Assembly (NCBI GenBank): GCA_963706575.1
Contig: CAVPNL010000009.1
Coordinates: 24,083-88,082 of the forward strand
Direction: 5' to 3'
Length of the DNA: 64,000 nucleotides
DNA from: an uncultured delta proteobacterium
GTDB lineage: Bacteria; Desulfobacterota; Desulfobacteria; Desulfobacterales; JAHEIW01
Both the position numbers and the translations under genes were made by a program. Of this stretch, positions 1 through 8,205 are shown piece after piece (the first letter of the stretch is position 1; the number at the start of each line of letters is the position of its first letter). Below the pieces are notes generated by a model. The model worked only from the letters and a program-made list of their open reading frames with translations. It made no database searches and had not been told where the DNA came from.

Positions 1-380
1 GGGGTGTCATGTATGTCAAAATTTTAAGCGATCTTTATAACGGCACCTGGAAACCTGTGGACTATTGGTGGCTGAGCCGTGAAAACGCTGTTATTCTTGG
101 CGGCTCCTTCGATAACATCATCAACCCGAAATTTGCCGGAGACTTGAAAGCGGCGATGGTGGAAACGAAAGATTTCGGCAAGATCTCAGTTTTTGAGCTT
201 ATCACCAAACGTTACGACCAGATGAAAACCGGCGGTCCGGAGCTATTCGATCCGTTTACCGGCCCGATCGACGACAATACCGGCAAGCTTCAGATAAAAG
301 CGGGAGCGAAAGCCTCCAAGGGCGACCTGCTGAGCATCATGTATTACGTCGATAATGTCGTCGGCAGCATCCCGAAATAA
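1..380 (+). CDS. BMP-family (PnrA/Med-like) ABC transporter substrate-binding protein, C-terminal part (5' end outside window)
   Basis: The ORF is open to the window edge. The C-terminal tail ...GDLLSIMYYVDNVVGSIPK resembles BMP lipoprotein C-termini. It lies directly upstream of a duplicated-ATPase ABC protein and two permeases of the matching transporter class. Confidence 0.6.
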   Translation, partial: GVMYVKILSDLYNGTWKPVDYWWLSRENAVILGGSFDNIINPKFAGDLKAAMVETKDFGKISVFELITKRYDQMKTGGPELFDPFTGPIDDNTGKLQIKAGAKASKGDLLSIMYYVDNVVGSIPK

Positions 381-395
381 TGTTACTTGACAACT

Positions 396-437
396 AAAAC
401 GGGGAGTCTGTGCATGCGGCTCCCCGTTTGTTTTTTC
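396..437 (+). terminator. Rho-independent terminator-like hairpin after the binding-protein gene
   Basis: aaaacggggag (396-406) pairs with ctccccgttt (420-429) around a short loop and is followed by a T-run (gtttttt). Confidence 0.6.
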
Positions 438-504
438 ATGGCCGTTCAAGGGTTCAGAGTTTCGGGGTTCAGGGTTCAAAACTTAAAGTTTAGCGGCATA
501 CCAA

Positions 505-2020
505 ATGGAAAAGATCAAAAGCCTTGAAATGGTAAATATTGCTAAATCATTTCAAGGTGTTATTGCCAATTCTGATATCAATATTTCCATCAGAGAAGGG
601 GAAATCCTGGGCCTTCTGGGTGAAAACGGCGCCGGCAAAACCACGCTGATGAATATTTTATACGGCCTTTATCAGCCGGATTCCGGGGCCATCCGCATCA
701 ACGGAAAAAGCATCCGTATCAAATCACCGGTTGATTCCCGGCACTATGGTATCGGCATGGTTCATCAGCATTTTATGCTGATCCAGAATCACTCCGTCGC
801 TGAAAATATTGCCCTGGGCTATGAAATGTCCCCTTTGATGTTTCCCCAGCGAAAAATCAGCGACAGCATTCTCTCTTTTTCTCAGAAATTTAATTTTAAT
901 ATCGATCCTTCCAAAAAGGTCTGGCAATTATCGGCCGGTGAACAGCAGCGGGTCGAAATCATCAAAGCCCTGATCAACGGTGCGGATTTGCTCGATCCTG
1001 GATGAACCCACCTCGGTGCTGACCTCCCAGGAAACCCAGGATCTTTTTCAAAATCTGAAAGAAATGAAAACTCAGGGACATCTGATTATTCTGATCAGCC
1101 ACAAGCTGGACGAAATCCTGGAGATTTGCGATCGGGTTACGGTGTTGCAAAAGGGGCGCATCGTCGGTGAGGCCCAAACCGCAGATGTTGATAAAAAAAG
1201 TCTGGCGCGCATGATGATCGGCAGAGACATCATCTTTCAAATCGAAAAAGAACCCATGGAAAGAAGCGGCAAGGTCATTACCGTTGAGAATATTGTCGTT
1301 CGAGACGATAAAGACCTGGAAGCCGTCAAAGGGATCTCTTTTGATATCTTTCGTAATGAAATTTTCGGCATCGCCGGTGTCTCCGGAAACGGCCAACGGG
1401 AGCTGGTGGAAGCCATCACGGGCTTGCGAGTCGTGGAATCCGGCAAAATCGCCATCGACAGCAACGACATCACCAATGAATCGGTGCGCTGCATCTACAA
1501 CAGCGGGATAGCCCACGTTCCGGAAGAACGCATGAAATTTGGAATCGCCCCCGGCCTGTGCCTGTATGACAACGCCATTTTAAAACAGCACCACAAGCAA
1601 AAGTATTCCAATAAATTATTTCTGGCCTACAGCAAAATCAAGCGGCATGCGCAATCCCTGCTTTCCGATTTTAAGGTGATGGCGCCGTCAATCAATGTTC
1701 AAACAAAGAACCTGTCCGGCGGTAATATCCAAAAACTGATTCTGGGCCGGGAAATCAGTGAAGATCCATACCTGCTGGTGGCCTCCCACCCGACGTACGG
1801 GCTCGACGTCGGCGCAACGGAATATCTTCGCAAACAGCTGTTGCAACGCCGCAGGGAAGGCGGTGCCGTTTTACTCGTTTCTGAGGATCTGGAAGAAATC
1901 TTTGAACTTTGTGATCGTATTGCGGTGATGTTTCAGGGTGAATTCATGGGCATTTTAAACAGTGACGATCCGCGCTTGAATGATATTGGGCTGATGATGG
2001 CTGGTTCATTGCGCCTTTAG
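505..2020 (+). pseudogene. ABC transporter ATP-binding protein with two ATPase domains (nucleoside/simple-sugar type), interrupted by a +1 frameshift
   Basis: ORFs 505-1005 and 980-2020 together make one protein. Walker A is GENGAGKTT and the signature is LSAGEQQRVEI. ...LINGADLL then continues as ILDEPTSVLT (Walker B) only in the shifted frame, with one extra base near 994 (ctc-g-atc). The second half carries LSGGNIQK and LLVSEDLEE. This could be a true pseudogene or a sequencing error. Confidence 0.75.
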
Positions 2021-2043
2021 TGCGCCGGTGTTGGAGTGCAAAC

Positions 2044-3129
2044 ATGTTAAAATTGAAGGTTACCGACCGAATCGACATCCTGCCAAAGCATTCATTCCTG
2101 TCGCTTGTGGGTTCACTGGCAGCCGGACTTCTGGCAATCAGTGCTATCTTTTTATTCTCCGGGGTCAATCCGCTGTACGCCATTTTCAAAATTTTCAGTG
2201 GATCCTTCGGCAGCATGTACGGTATCAAGGAAACCGTCACAAAAGCGATCCCGCTGATTCTGATCGGTGGCGGTCTGGCGGTGGCCTTTCGCGCCAAATT
2301 CTGGAATATCGGAGCCGAGAGTCAGCTGCTGATGGGAGCAATTTTCGGCACCTGGGTGGGACTGAACTGGGGGCCGCATCTCCCGTGGCCCATTATCGTG
2401 CCCCTGATGTTTCTGGCGGGGTTTATCGGCGGCGCCATCTGGGGGTTGATCCCGGCAATTCTGAAGATAAAATTTTCGATTAATGAAGTCATATCAACCC
2501 TGATGTTAAATTACATCTGCAACGAATTTATGAAGCTTCTGATCGTCGGACCCTGGCGGGGCAAAACAAAACACGGCTTTCCCTACACCGATGACCTGCC
2601 GCTTTCCGCAACCCTGTCGGTGCTTCCCGGCTCCCGGATTCATTATGCAACCCTGATCGTCGCCGTTGTCGCCGTAATTTTACTGGGGATTGCGATCTAT
2701 AAGACCCGTTTCGGCTATGAAGTCCGCGTCATCGGCGAAAATCCTGACGCCGCCAGATATTCGGGCATCGATTTTTTTAAAACCACATTGATTATCATGG
2801 TCATCAGCGGCGGAATGGCCGGTCTGGCGGGTGTCGGTGAGGCCGCCGGTATCCACCATTATTTGAGCTATCCGGAGTCCATATCATCCGGCTACGGCTA
2901 CACCGCAATTATCGTTGCCTGGCTGGCAAAGCTAAACCCGCTTTATGTTATCCTGTCTGCTCTTTTCTTCGCCGGTATTCTCGTCGGGGGCGATGCCATT
3001 CAGATTTCCCTGGGATTGCCGGCTGCAACCGTGCAGGTTTTTAACGGTACCCTGCTGGTTTTTTTGATTATGGGCGAATATTTCCTCAAAAACCGGGTAA
3101 CGTTTCACTGGGATCCGAAAAGGAATTAG
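2044..3129 (+). CDS. ABC transporter permease (BMP/nucleoside-type, YufP-like)
   Basis: Polytopic membrane ORF immediately after the ATPase. The ATG at 2044 is preferred (GGAG at 2032-2035) over the overlapping GTG at 2020. Confidence 0.8.
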   Translation: MLKLKVTDRIDILPKHSFLSLVGSLAAGLLAISAIFLFSGVNPLYAIFKIFSGSFGSMYGIKETVTKAIPLILIGGGLAVAFRAKFWNIGAESQLLMGAIFGTWVGLNWGPHLPWPIIVPLMFLAGFIGGAIWGLIPAILKIKFSINEVISTLMLNYICNEFMKLLIVGPWRGKTKHGFPYTDDLPLSATLSVLPGSRIHYATLIVAVVAVILLGIAIYKTRFGYEVRVIGENPDAARYSGIDFFKTTLIIMVISGGMAGLAGVGEAAGIHHYLSYPESISSGYGYTAIIVAWLAKLNPLYVILSALFFAGILVGGDAIQISLGLPAATVQVFNGTLLVFLIMGEYFLKNRVTFHWDPKRN

Positions 3130-3131
3130 CC

Positions 3132-4052
3132 TTGGAAGATATTATTATCTCTGTAGCGCAGCGAACATTGGTGGCCGGCACGCCGCTGCTTTTAGGGACT
3201 ATCGGTGAAGTGATCTGCGAACGTTCGGGAATACTAAATCTGGGGGTTGAAGGCGTCATGTCCATCGGTGCGGTTACCGCATTTATTGTAACCTTTGTAA
3301 CCGGCAATCCGTGGTTGGGGCTGGTGGCGGCCATTATTGCCGCGTCCCTGATTTCTGTTATTCACGCCTTTGCTTCGATTACCCTGCAGGCCAGTCAGGT
3401 CGTATCGGGATTGGCCCTGACCATGCTGGGTCTGGGTATATCCGGGATTGTGGGAAAATCCTATATCGGCAAACCCCTTACCATTAAGATGCAGAATTGG
3501 GCGATACCGGCTTTAGCGGACATACCGATTTTGGGCCCGATATTATTTAATCACAGCCCTTTTTTTTATATGGCGATTGCACTGGCGGTCATCGCCTGGT
3601 TTACGCTGGAATATACCCGGCTCGGGATTACCGTCCGTTCGGCCGGCGAAAATCCAAGGGCAACCGAAGCCCAGGGCGTTAACGTTTATCGGGTGCGCTA
3701 TTGGTGTGTCATCATCGGCGGCGCCTTCTCCGGTATGGCCGGGGCGCATCTTTCCACCTCTTACAGCAAATCATGGATTGAAGGCATGATCGCCGGCAGA
3801 GGATGGATCGTTATCGCGCTGACCATCTTTGCGTTATGGAACCCGATGCGGGCAATGATCGGGGCCTTCTTGTTCGGCGGAATCTTCGTCATTCAGTATT
3901 TGCTTCAACCCTTAGGCATATCCCCGAATTTTCTGGCCATGCTGCCCTATATTTCTACGTTGTTGGTACTTTTCATCGGTGCGCTGCGGGATAGCCGCAA
4001 GATGAACGCGCCGGCCATGCTGGCGGAACCTTACAGGCGCGGGGAACGCTGA
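3132..4052 (+). CDS. ABC transporter permease (BMP/nucleoside-type, YufQ-like)
   Basis: Second polytopic permease ORF, starting 3 nt after the first permease and completing the SBP-ATPase-permease-permease operon. Confidence 0.8.
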   Translation: MEDIIISVAQRTLVAGTPLLLGTIGEVICERSGILNLGVEGVMSIGAVTAFIVTFVTGNPWLGLVAAIIAASLISVIHAFASITLQASQVVSGLALTMLGLGISGIVGKSYIGKPLTIKMQNWAIPALADIPILGPILFNHSPFFYMAIALAVIAWFTLEYTRLGITVRSAGENPRATEAQGVNVYRVRYWCVIIGGAFSGMAGAHLSTSYSKSWIEGMIAGRGWIVIALTIFALWNPMRAMIGAFLFGGIFVIQYLLQPLGISPNFLAMLPYISTLLVLFIGALRDSRKMNAPAMLAEPYRRGER

Positions 4053-4246
4053 TCGAAGAAAGTATTGACTTTTCCAGTGAACTGTGATGGATAAACTCAC
4101 TTAATTTTTGTTTGCGGTTGTATCATTTCCCATATAAATACCACCACTTGTCGCCGCGTCTCTTGATCTGCTGTTTTCTGCATGCATAGCGGCCTTGATT
4201 GCAGCCACCAAAACAGAAACTGGACCATATACCAAGGAGGCATAAA

Positions 4247-4684
4247 TTGATTGGTATTGAGAACATAACCAACAATAACGGATGGGCCATGGCGGCGGTT
4301 GGCGCCACGATCGTATTCTCGGGCCTGGTTGTATTATCTTTTGCTATTTCCCAAATTCACAAATTGCTTAAGCTCTGGGATGACAGAGAAAAACTCATAG
4401 AACGATTCAAAAAAAAGACGCCACCTGTTGTTACCGAAAAAATCGATGCTGCTGCTTACTCGGAACGCCATCTGCCGTCTATTGATGAGCTGGCCAGCGC
4501 TTTCAAACCCCTGGTTGACCAGTTGGAAGAATCCTTTAAGCTTTCACAACTATTTGAAATTGCAAATAAAAACGACATTCCCCACCCGCATCTGTCGATA
4601 CAGCGGCTGCAGGAGGCCGACATATTGGTCGCCCAGGGGGATGGCACGTTTACCTGGAATAAACAAAAGGAAATTAAGGCTTAA
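4247..4684 (+). CDS. OadG-like small membrane anchor (gamma-type subunit of a Na+-translocating decarboxylase) with an extra soluble C-terminal region
   Basis: TTG at 4247 is preceded by AAGGAGG (4234-4240). There is a single N-terminal TM helix (WAMAAVGATIVFSGLVVLSFAI). The stop is 4 nt before the beta-subunit gene. Confidence 0.45.
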   Translation: MIGIENITNNNGWAMAAVGATIVFSGLVVLSFAISQIHKLLKLWDDREKLIERFKKKTPPVVTEKIDAAAYSERHLPSIDELASAFKPLVDQLEESFKLSQLFEIANKNDIPHPHLSIQRLQEADILVAQGDGTFTWNKQKEIKA

Positions 4685-4687
4685 ACA

Positions 4688-5815
4688 ATGCTTGATCTAT
4701 TTTTTCAGTTTTTAACAAATACCGGTTATTATTTAGCAGACTATCGCCATTACATCATGATTGTGGTGGGCAGTACGTTTCTCTATCTCGGCACCGCCAA
4801 AAAATACGAACCCCTGCTACTGGTTCCCATCGGCTTTGGCATTTTAGTGGGTAATATTCCTTTTTTCAAAGGGTTTGGAATCGGCATCTATGAACCCAAC
4901 AGCGTTCTGCACTATCTTTACTTCGGCGTAACGACGGGCGTCTATCCTTCGATTGTGTTTCTGGGTTTAGGGGCCATGACCGATTTTTCATCCCTATTGG
5001 CCCAGCCGAAACTCATGCTCTTGGGTGCAGCAGCCCAGATGGGGATATATTTTACCCTGTTGGGGGCCTTGTTTTTCGGGTTTGCTCCCAGGGAAGCTGC
5101 CTCGATTGCCATTATCGGCGGGGCCGACGGCCCGACATCCATATTTTTAACGGCCAAGCTTGCGCCGCAGCTCATCGGACCGATTGCGATCGCGGCCTAT
5201 TCTTATATGGCATTAATCCCGGTAATTCAGCCACCGATCATGCTCCTGCTAACCACCCGGAAAGAGCGGTTAATCAAAATGCCGCCGACCCGCAAAGTTT
5301 CAAGAAAGGAACTTCTGATATTCCCGGTGGTGGGCGTCTTGCTGTGCTGTTTTTTGGCCCCGACCGCACTGCCGCTGCTGGGAATGCTGTTTTTAGGAAA
5401 CTTTTTAAAAGAATGCGGCGTGGTGAATCGTCTGGCCAATACCGCGCAATCCGCCATCATCGATACCGCCACGATCTTTCTTGGCTTTACAGTCGGCTGC
5501 AGCACCCAGGCCGATGTATTTCTGACACCAAAATCGTTGGGAATATTCTTTCTGGGAGCGGTTGCATTTTCAATTGCCACGGCCTCCGGGGTCATTTTTG
5601 CAAAAATTATGAACCTGTTTATTAAAGATAAAATCAACCCGCTGCTGGGCGCGGCTGGCGTATCCGCCGTGCCCGGTTCCGCCCGGGAAGTTCATTTGAT
5701 GGGTTTGAAAGAGGACCCGACGAACTTTCTGCTGATGCATGGAATGGCGTGTAACTCATCGGGTGTTATCGGCTCGGCGATTTGCGCCGGAATTTTGTGG
5801 AGTTTTTTCATCTAA
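4688..5815 (+). CDS. Sodium ion-translocating decarboxylase beta subunit (OadB/GcdB/MmdB family)
   Basis: 375-aa polytopic protein with the family-typical IIGGADGPTSIF segment and overall OadB-like layout. Confidence 0.82.
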   Translation: MLDLFFQFLTNTGYYLADYRHYIMIVVGSTFLYLGTAKKYEPLLLVPIGFGILVGNIPFFKGFGIGIYEPNSVLHYLYFGVTTGVYPSIVFLGLGAMTDFSSLLAQPKLMLLGAAAQMGIYFTLLGALFFGFAPREAASIAIIGGADGPTSIFLTAKLAPQLIGPIAIAAYSYMALIPVIQPPIMLLLTTRKERLIKMPPTRKVSRKELLIFPVVGVLLCCFLAPTALPLLGMLFLGNFLKECGVVNRLANTAQSAIIDTATIFLGFTVGCSTQADVFLTPKSLGIFFLGAVAFSIATASGVIFAKIMNLFIKDKINPLLGAAGVSAVPGSAREVHLMGLKEDPTNFLLMHGMACNSSGVIGSAICAGILWSFFI

Positions 5816-5881
5816 TTGGGTACTGGGTATCAGGTATTGGGTAAATGCTGGAAGCCAGGTAAAACTAAAAGCCTGGTGCAT

Positions 5882-5968
5882 GAAGCAGAGCGCAGAGCGC
5901 AAAGCGTTGAAACAGGGAATTTCAATGAGACTTTCTTACCCTATGCCCCACGCGCTATGCACTATGCC
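5882..5968. repeat. Word-stutter inverted repeat (GCAGAGCG/GCAAAGCG arm vs CGCTATGC/CACTATGC arm)
   Basis: The left arm gaagcagagcgcagagcgcaaagcg and right arm ctatgccccacgcgctatgcactatgcc are imperfect reverse complements. Both are built from 8-nt words. Confidence 0.6.
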
Positions 5969-5971
5969 ATC

Positions 5972-6724
5972 CTATTGCTGAGTCGGTATTTCTTTGACAC
6001 AGCGAAATCCCATCCAGTGAGCGCCGTTTACAGGGTCTTCCGGGGTCCAGCGACAGGTGATTCTTACGAAAATGGCAGAACCTAAAAAACACCCCCCCCG
6101 CATGGGCAGGCTATCTTCCAACCATCGACCCTCACACATCTCCCAGACGTTACCGCACATTCCATAGCAGCCGTATGGGCTGACTCCCCGGTCGAAGAAT
6201 CCAATTTCAGAGGTGTGCCCGAGTCCGTATTCATTTGAATTACAATGTTCCGGCAAAAAATCCTGACCCCAGGCCCACCAGCGGCCGTCTTCACCGCGGC
6301 CGGCCTTTTCCCATTGCTCTTCGGAAGGAAGGGATTTTCCCGCCCAGGCGGCATATTCGCGGGCATCCTCCCAGCCCACAAATACGACCGGTTTCAGCGG
6401 TTGTCCCCACAGCGAATGATTCAAAAGAATGGGTTCGCGATGGCCGGTAGCGTCGATAAACTTTCGGTACTGGTAATTGGTGACCGGATAGCGGTCGATG
6501 TAAAAATCTTTCAAATATATGGTCCTGGAAGGAACTTCTGAGGCAAAGATGGGGTTCTCATTGTTGTCCAGCAGGTATATCTGGGCCAATTCCTCTTCTG
6601 ATATTCCTTTAATAAAATCCCCGGCGGGCACCAATACCATCTCGGCACCGTCAATGGGGGCGATAATGGTCTCCGGAAAGGGACCGCTGCCCAGCATTTC
6701 GATTATGTTCCACGGGGGGGCCAT
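5972..6724 (-). CDS. Formylglycine-generating enzyme (SUMF1/FGE-sulfatase) domain protein
   Basis: Motifs YPVTNYQYRKF, GWEDAREYAAWAGKSLPSEEQWEKAGRG, CYGMCGNVWEM and RGGCF are seen. No signal peptide is visible. Confidence 0.8.
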   Translation of the reverse strand: MAPPWNIIEMLGSGPFPETIIAPIDGAEMVLVPAGDFIKGISEEELAQIYLLDNNENPIFASEVPSRTIYLKDFYIDRYPVTNYQYRKFIDATGHREPILLNHSLWGQPLKPVVFVGWEDAREYAAWAGKSLPSEEQWEKAGRGEDGRWWAWGQDFLPEHCNSNEYGLGHTSEIGFFDRGVSPYGCYGMCGNVWEMCEGRWLEDSLPMRGGCFLGSAIFVRITCRWTPEDPVNGAHWMGFRCVKEIPTQQ

Positions 6725-6791
6725 GTCACCATTACCGGTCCAACATTCATTTGAATTCTAAGATAAAAACCTGATGGCAAATTACTTACAA

Positions 6792-6895
6792 CATAGAGCA
6801 TAGCGCTAAGGGCATAGCGTAAAAATCTCTGCATTCGGGCAGTCGAAGTCATCTTTTACGCTATGCGCTATGCCCCTTGCGCTTTTCTCTATGCA
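6792..6895. repeat. Word-stutter palindrome built from GCATAGCG words
   Basis: catagagcatagcgctaagggcatagcgtaaaa (left) faces ttttacgctatgcgctatgccccttgcgcttttctctatgc (right). This is predicted to form a long hairpin. Confidence 0.7.
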
Positions 6896-6898
6896 TTT

Positions 6899-7249
6899 TT
6901 ATATATCCGTCCCTTCTTTTTTCAGCAAATCGCGGTACCAGCAGGAAAACTCGTACATTCCTCTAAAATAATCGTCTTCGTTGACGATGCCGAGGGCGAT
7001 TTCAAGTACCCCGCGTCCAAAGGAATTACTGTATTCATCAGAGCTGCGAGATTGTAAAAACTCCCTGACCAGCATCTGGGTGGTCCGTTTGGTTTTATCT
7101 TTGCGGATGTCAATCGGGTCTTTGGGTTCTTCAAACGGGTCCCATTTATCATAGCCCTTTTTTAAAATATGCTTCTGGCGACGGGGGGACATACTATCGA
7201 AAACAGCCTGTTTTCGTTTTTCGGCTTCCTCAGGAGAAAATTCGGTCAT
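6899..7249 (-). CDS. Hypothetical protein (116 aa, charged, no recognisable domain)
   Basis: The ORF overlaps the stop of the upstream Cys-cluster gene by 4 nt (ATGA-type coupling). Codon usage is like that of its neighbours. Confidence 0.5.
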   Translation of the reverse strand: MTEFSPEEAEKRKQAVFDSMSPRRQKHILKKGYDKWDPFEEPKDPIDIRKDKTKRTTQMLVREFLQSRSSDEYSNSFGRGVLEIALGIVNEDDYFRGMYEFSCWYRDLLKKEGTDI

Positions 7250-7947
7250 ACGGTTCTCCTTCGATGTTTTTTAGCAGGAGGCGGCTCGGGGGGCTCTTCC
7301 TCCCCCACTCCAAGATAATCATCATCGTAAGTGGTAAGCAAGGCCATGGATAACGGTACCAACATATCCGACAATTTCAAATACCTGGATTTAAGATCCC
7401 GAATCAATTCTGCCGATATTTGCTGGAGCTGATTGTAGACGGCATCCAGATTCACAGTCGGGTATTGCTCGCCTTTTTCAAAGCCGGATTTTCCACAGGT
7501 ATGGCCCTCGCCACCAATGGCCGTCGGTATGCCATAGAAGCGACAGGTAAGCGGACGGTTGTCGTAAAGATCGCACAAATCCGTCTGGTTTAAAAGAGGA
7601 CAGCGGATCCGCTCCCGGGCCAGATCGGCAAGAATATCGTTTTCGCTTTTGCCGGCCTGTAAATCTTTATAGGCCCGGCGCTTGAGTTTGTGAACCCTGC
7701 GGTCCGCCTCATTTGCTTTTTCCAAAAGTTCGGCTTTTGCGCTTGCCCTAATTTTCTCGTTAAATTTATGGTTGATATAAAGGGCTTCGATCAGCGTTAA
7801 ATCAAACAATGCATAACAGCAGTCCGTACATTTTTCCTTGCACTTCACACATTCCGCATGCGCCTGTTTGACGCGCTCAAATGCGTCATCCGCATTAGAA
7901 ACCAGCGCTTCATATTTCTTAAAATAAGGTGTAAAATCAAAATCCAT
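7246..7947 (-). CDS. YkgJ-family cysteine-cluster protein (UPF0153 / CxxCxxCC Zn/Fe-chelating domain)
   Basis: CVKCKEKCTDCC cluster near the N-terminus and CPLL...LCDLYDNRPLTCRFYG in the second half, the typical layout of this family. Confidence 0.7.
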   Translation of the reverse strand: MDFDFTPYFKKYEALVSNADDAFERVKQAHAECVKCKEKCTDCCYALFDLTLIEALYINHKFNEKIRASAKAELLEKANEADRRVHKLKRRAYKDLQAGKSENDILADLARERIRCPLLNQTDLCDLYDNRPLTCRFYGIPTAIGGEGHTCGKSGFEKGEQYPTVNLDAVYNQLQQISAELIRDLKSRYLKLSDMLVPLSMALLTTYDDDYLGVGEEEPPEPPPAKKHRRRTV

Positions 7948-8022
7948 AGGTCAGTTTTTTCTCCTTGTGTACTTGATAAAAACACTTTGGTTCATAGAGA
8001 CAGGGTTTGCTATTAATTAATA

Positions 8023-8128
8023 AATGACTAAAATTTAAAATGATCTAAAATGTCTAAAATTTAATCAAGAGTTAATTACTTTAAAAATTTTAGGCATTTT
8101 AGCTCATTTTAGTTCATTTTAGGCATTT
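8023..8128. repeat. Word-stutter palindrome built from CTAAAAT words
   Basis: aatgactaaaatttaaaatgatctaaaatgtctaaaattt (left) faces aaattttaggcattttagctcattttagttcattttaggcattt (right). Confidence 0.7.
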
Positions 8129-8133
8129 CAAAT

Positions 8134-8196
8134 TGTTTCACGTGAAACATTAACTTTTCGCCCCTCAAAGCCGGTGCAGGGGTTTCACGTGAAACA
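8134..8196. promoter_or_regulatory. Two copies of a perfect palindrome (T)GTTTCACGTGAAAC(A), candidate operator pair
   Basis: tgtttcacgtgaaaca lies at 8134-8149 and gtttcacgtgaaaca at 8182-8196, with centres about 48 bp apart. They sit between the mnmE stop and the ykgJ-like start. Confidence 0.4.
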
Positions 8197-8205
8197 TCAT
8201 CAGTA

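Noticed and set aside
5739-6085. Plus-strand ORFs of 80 and 89 aa downstream of oadB
   Set aside because: They run across the stutter repeat and into the antisense strand of the FGE-like gene. They have no RBS and no motifs.
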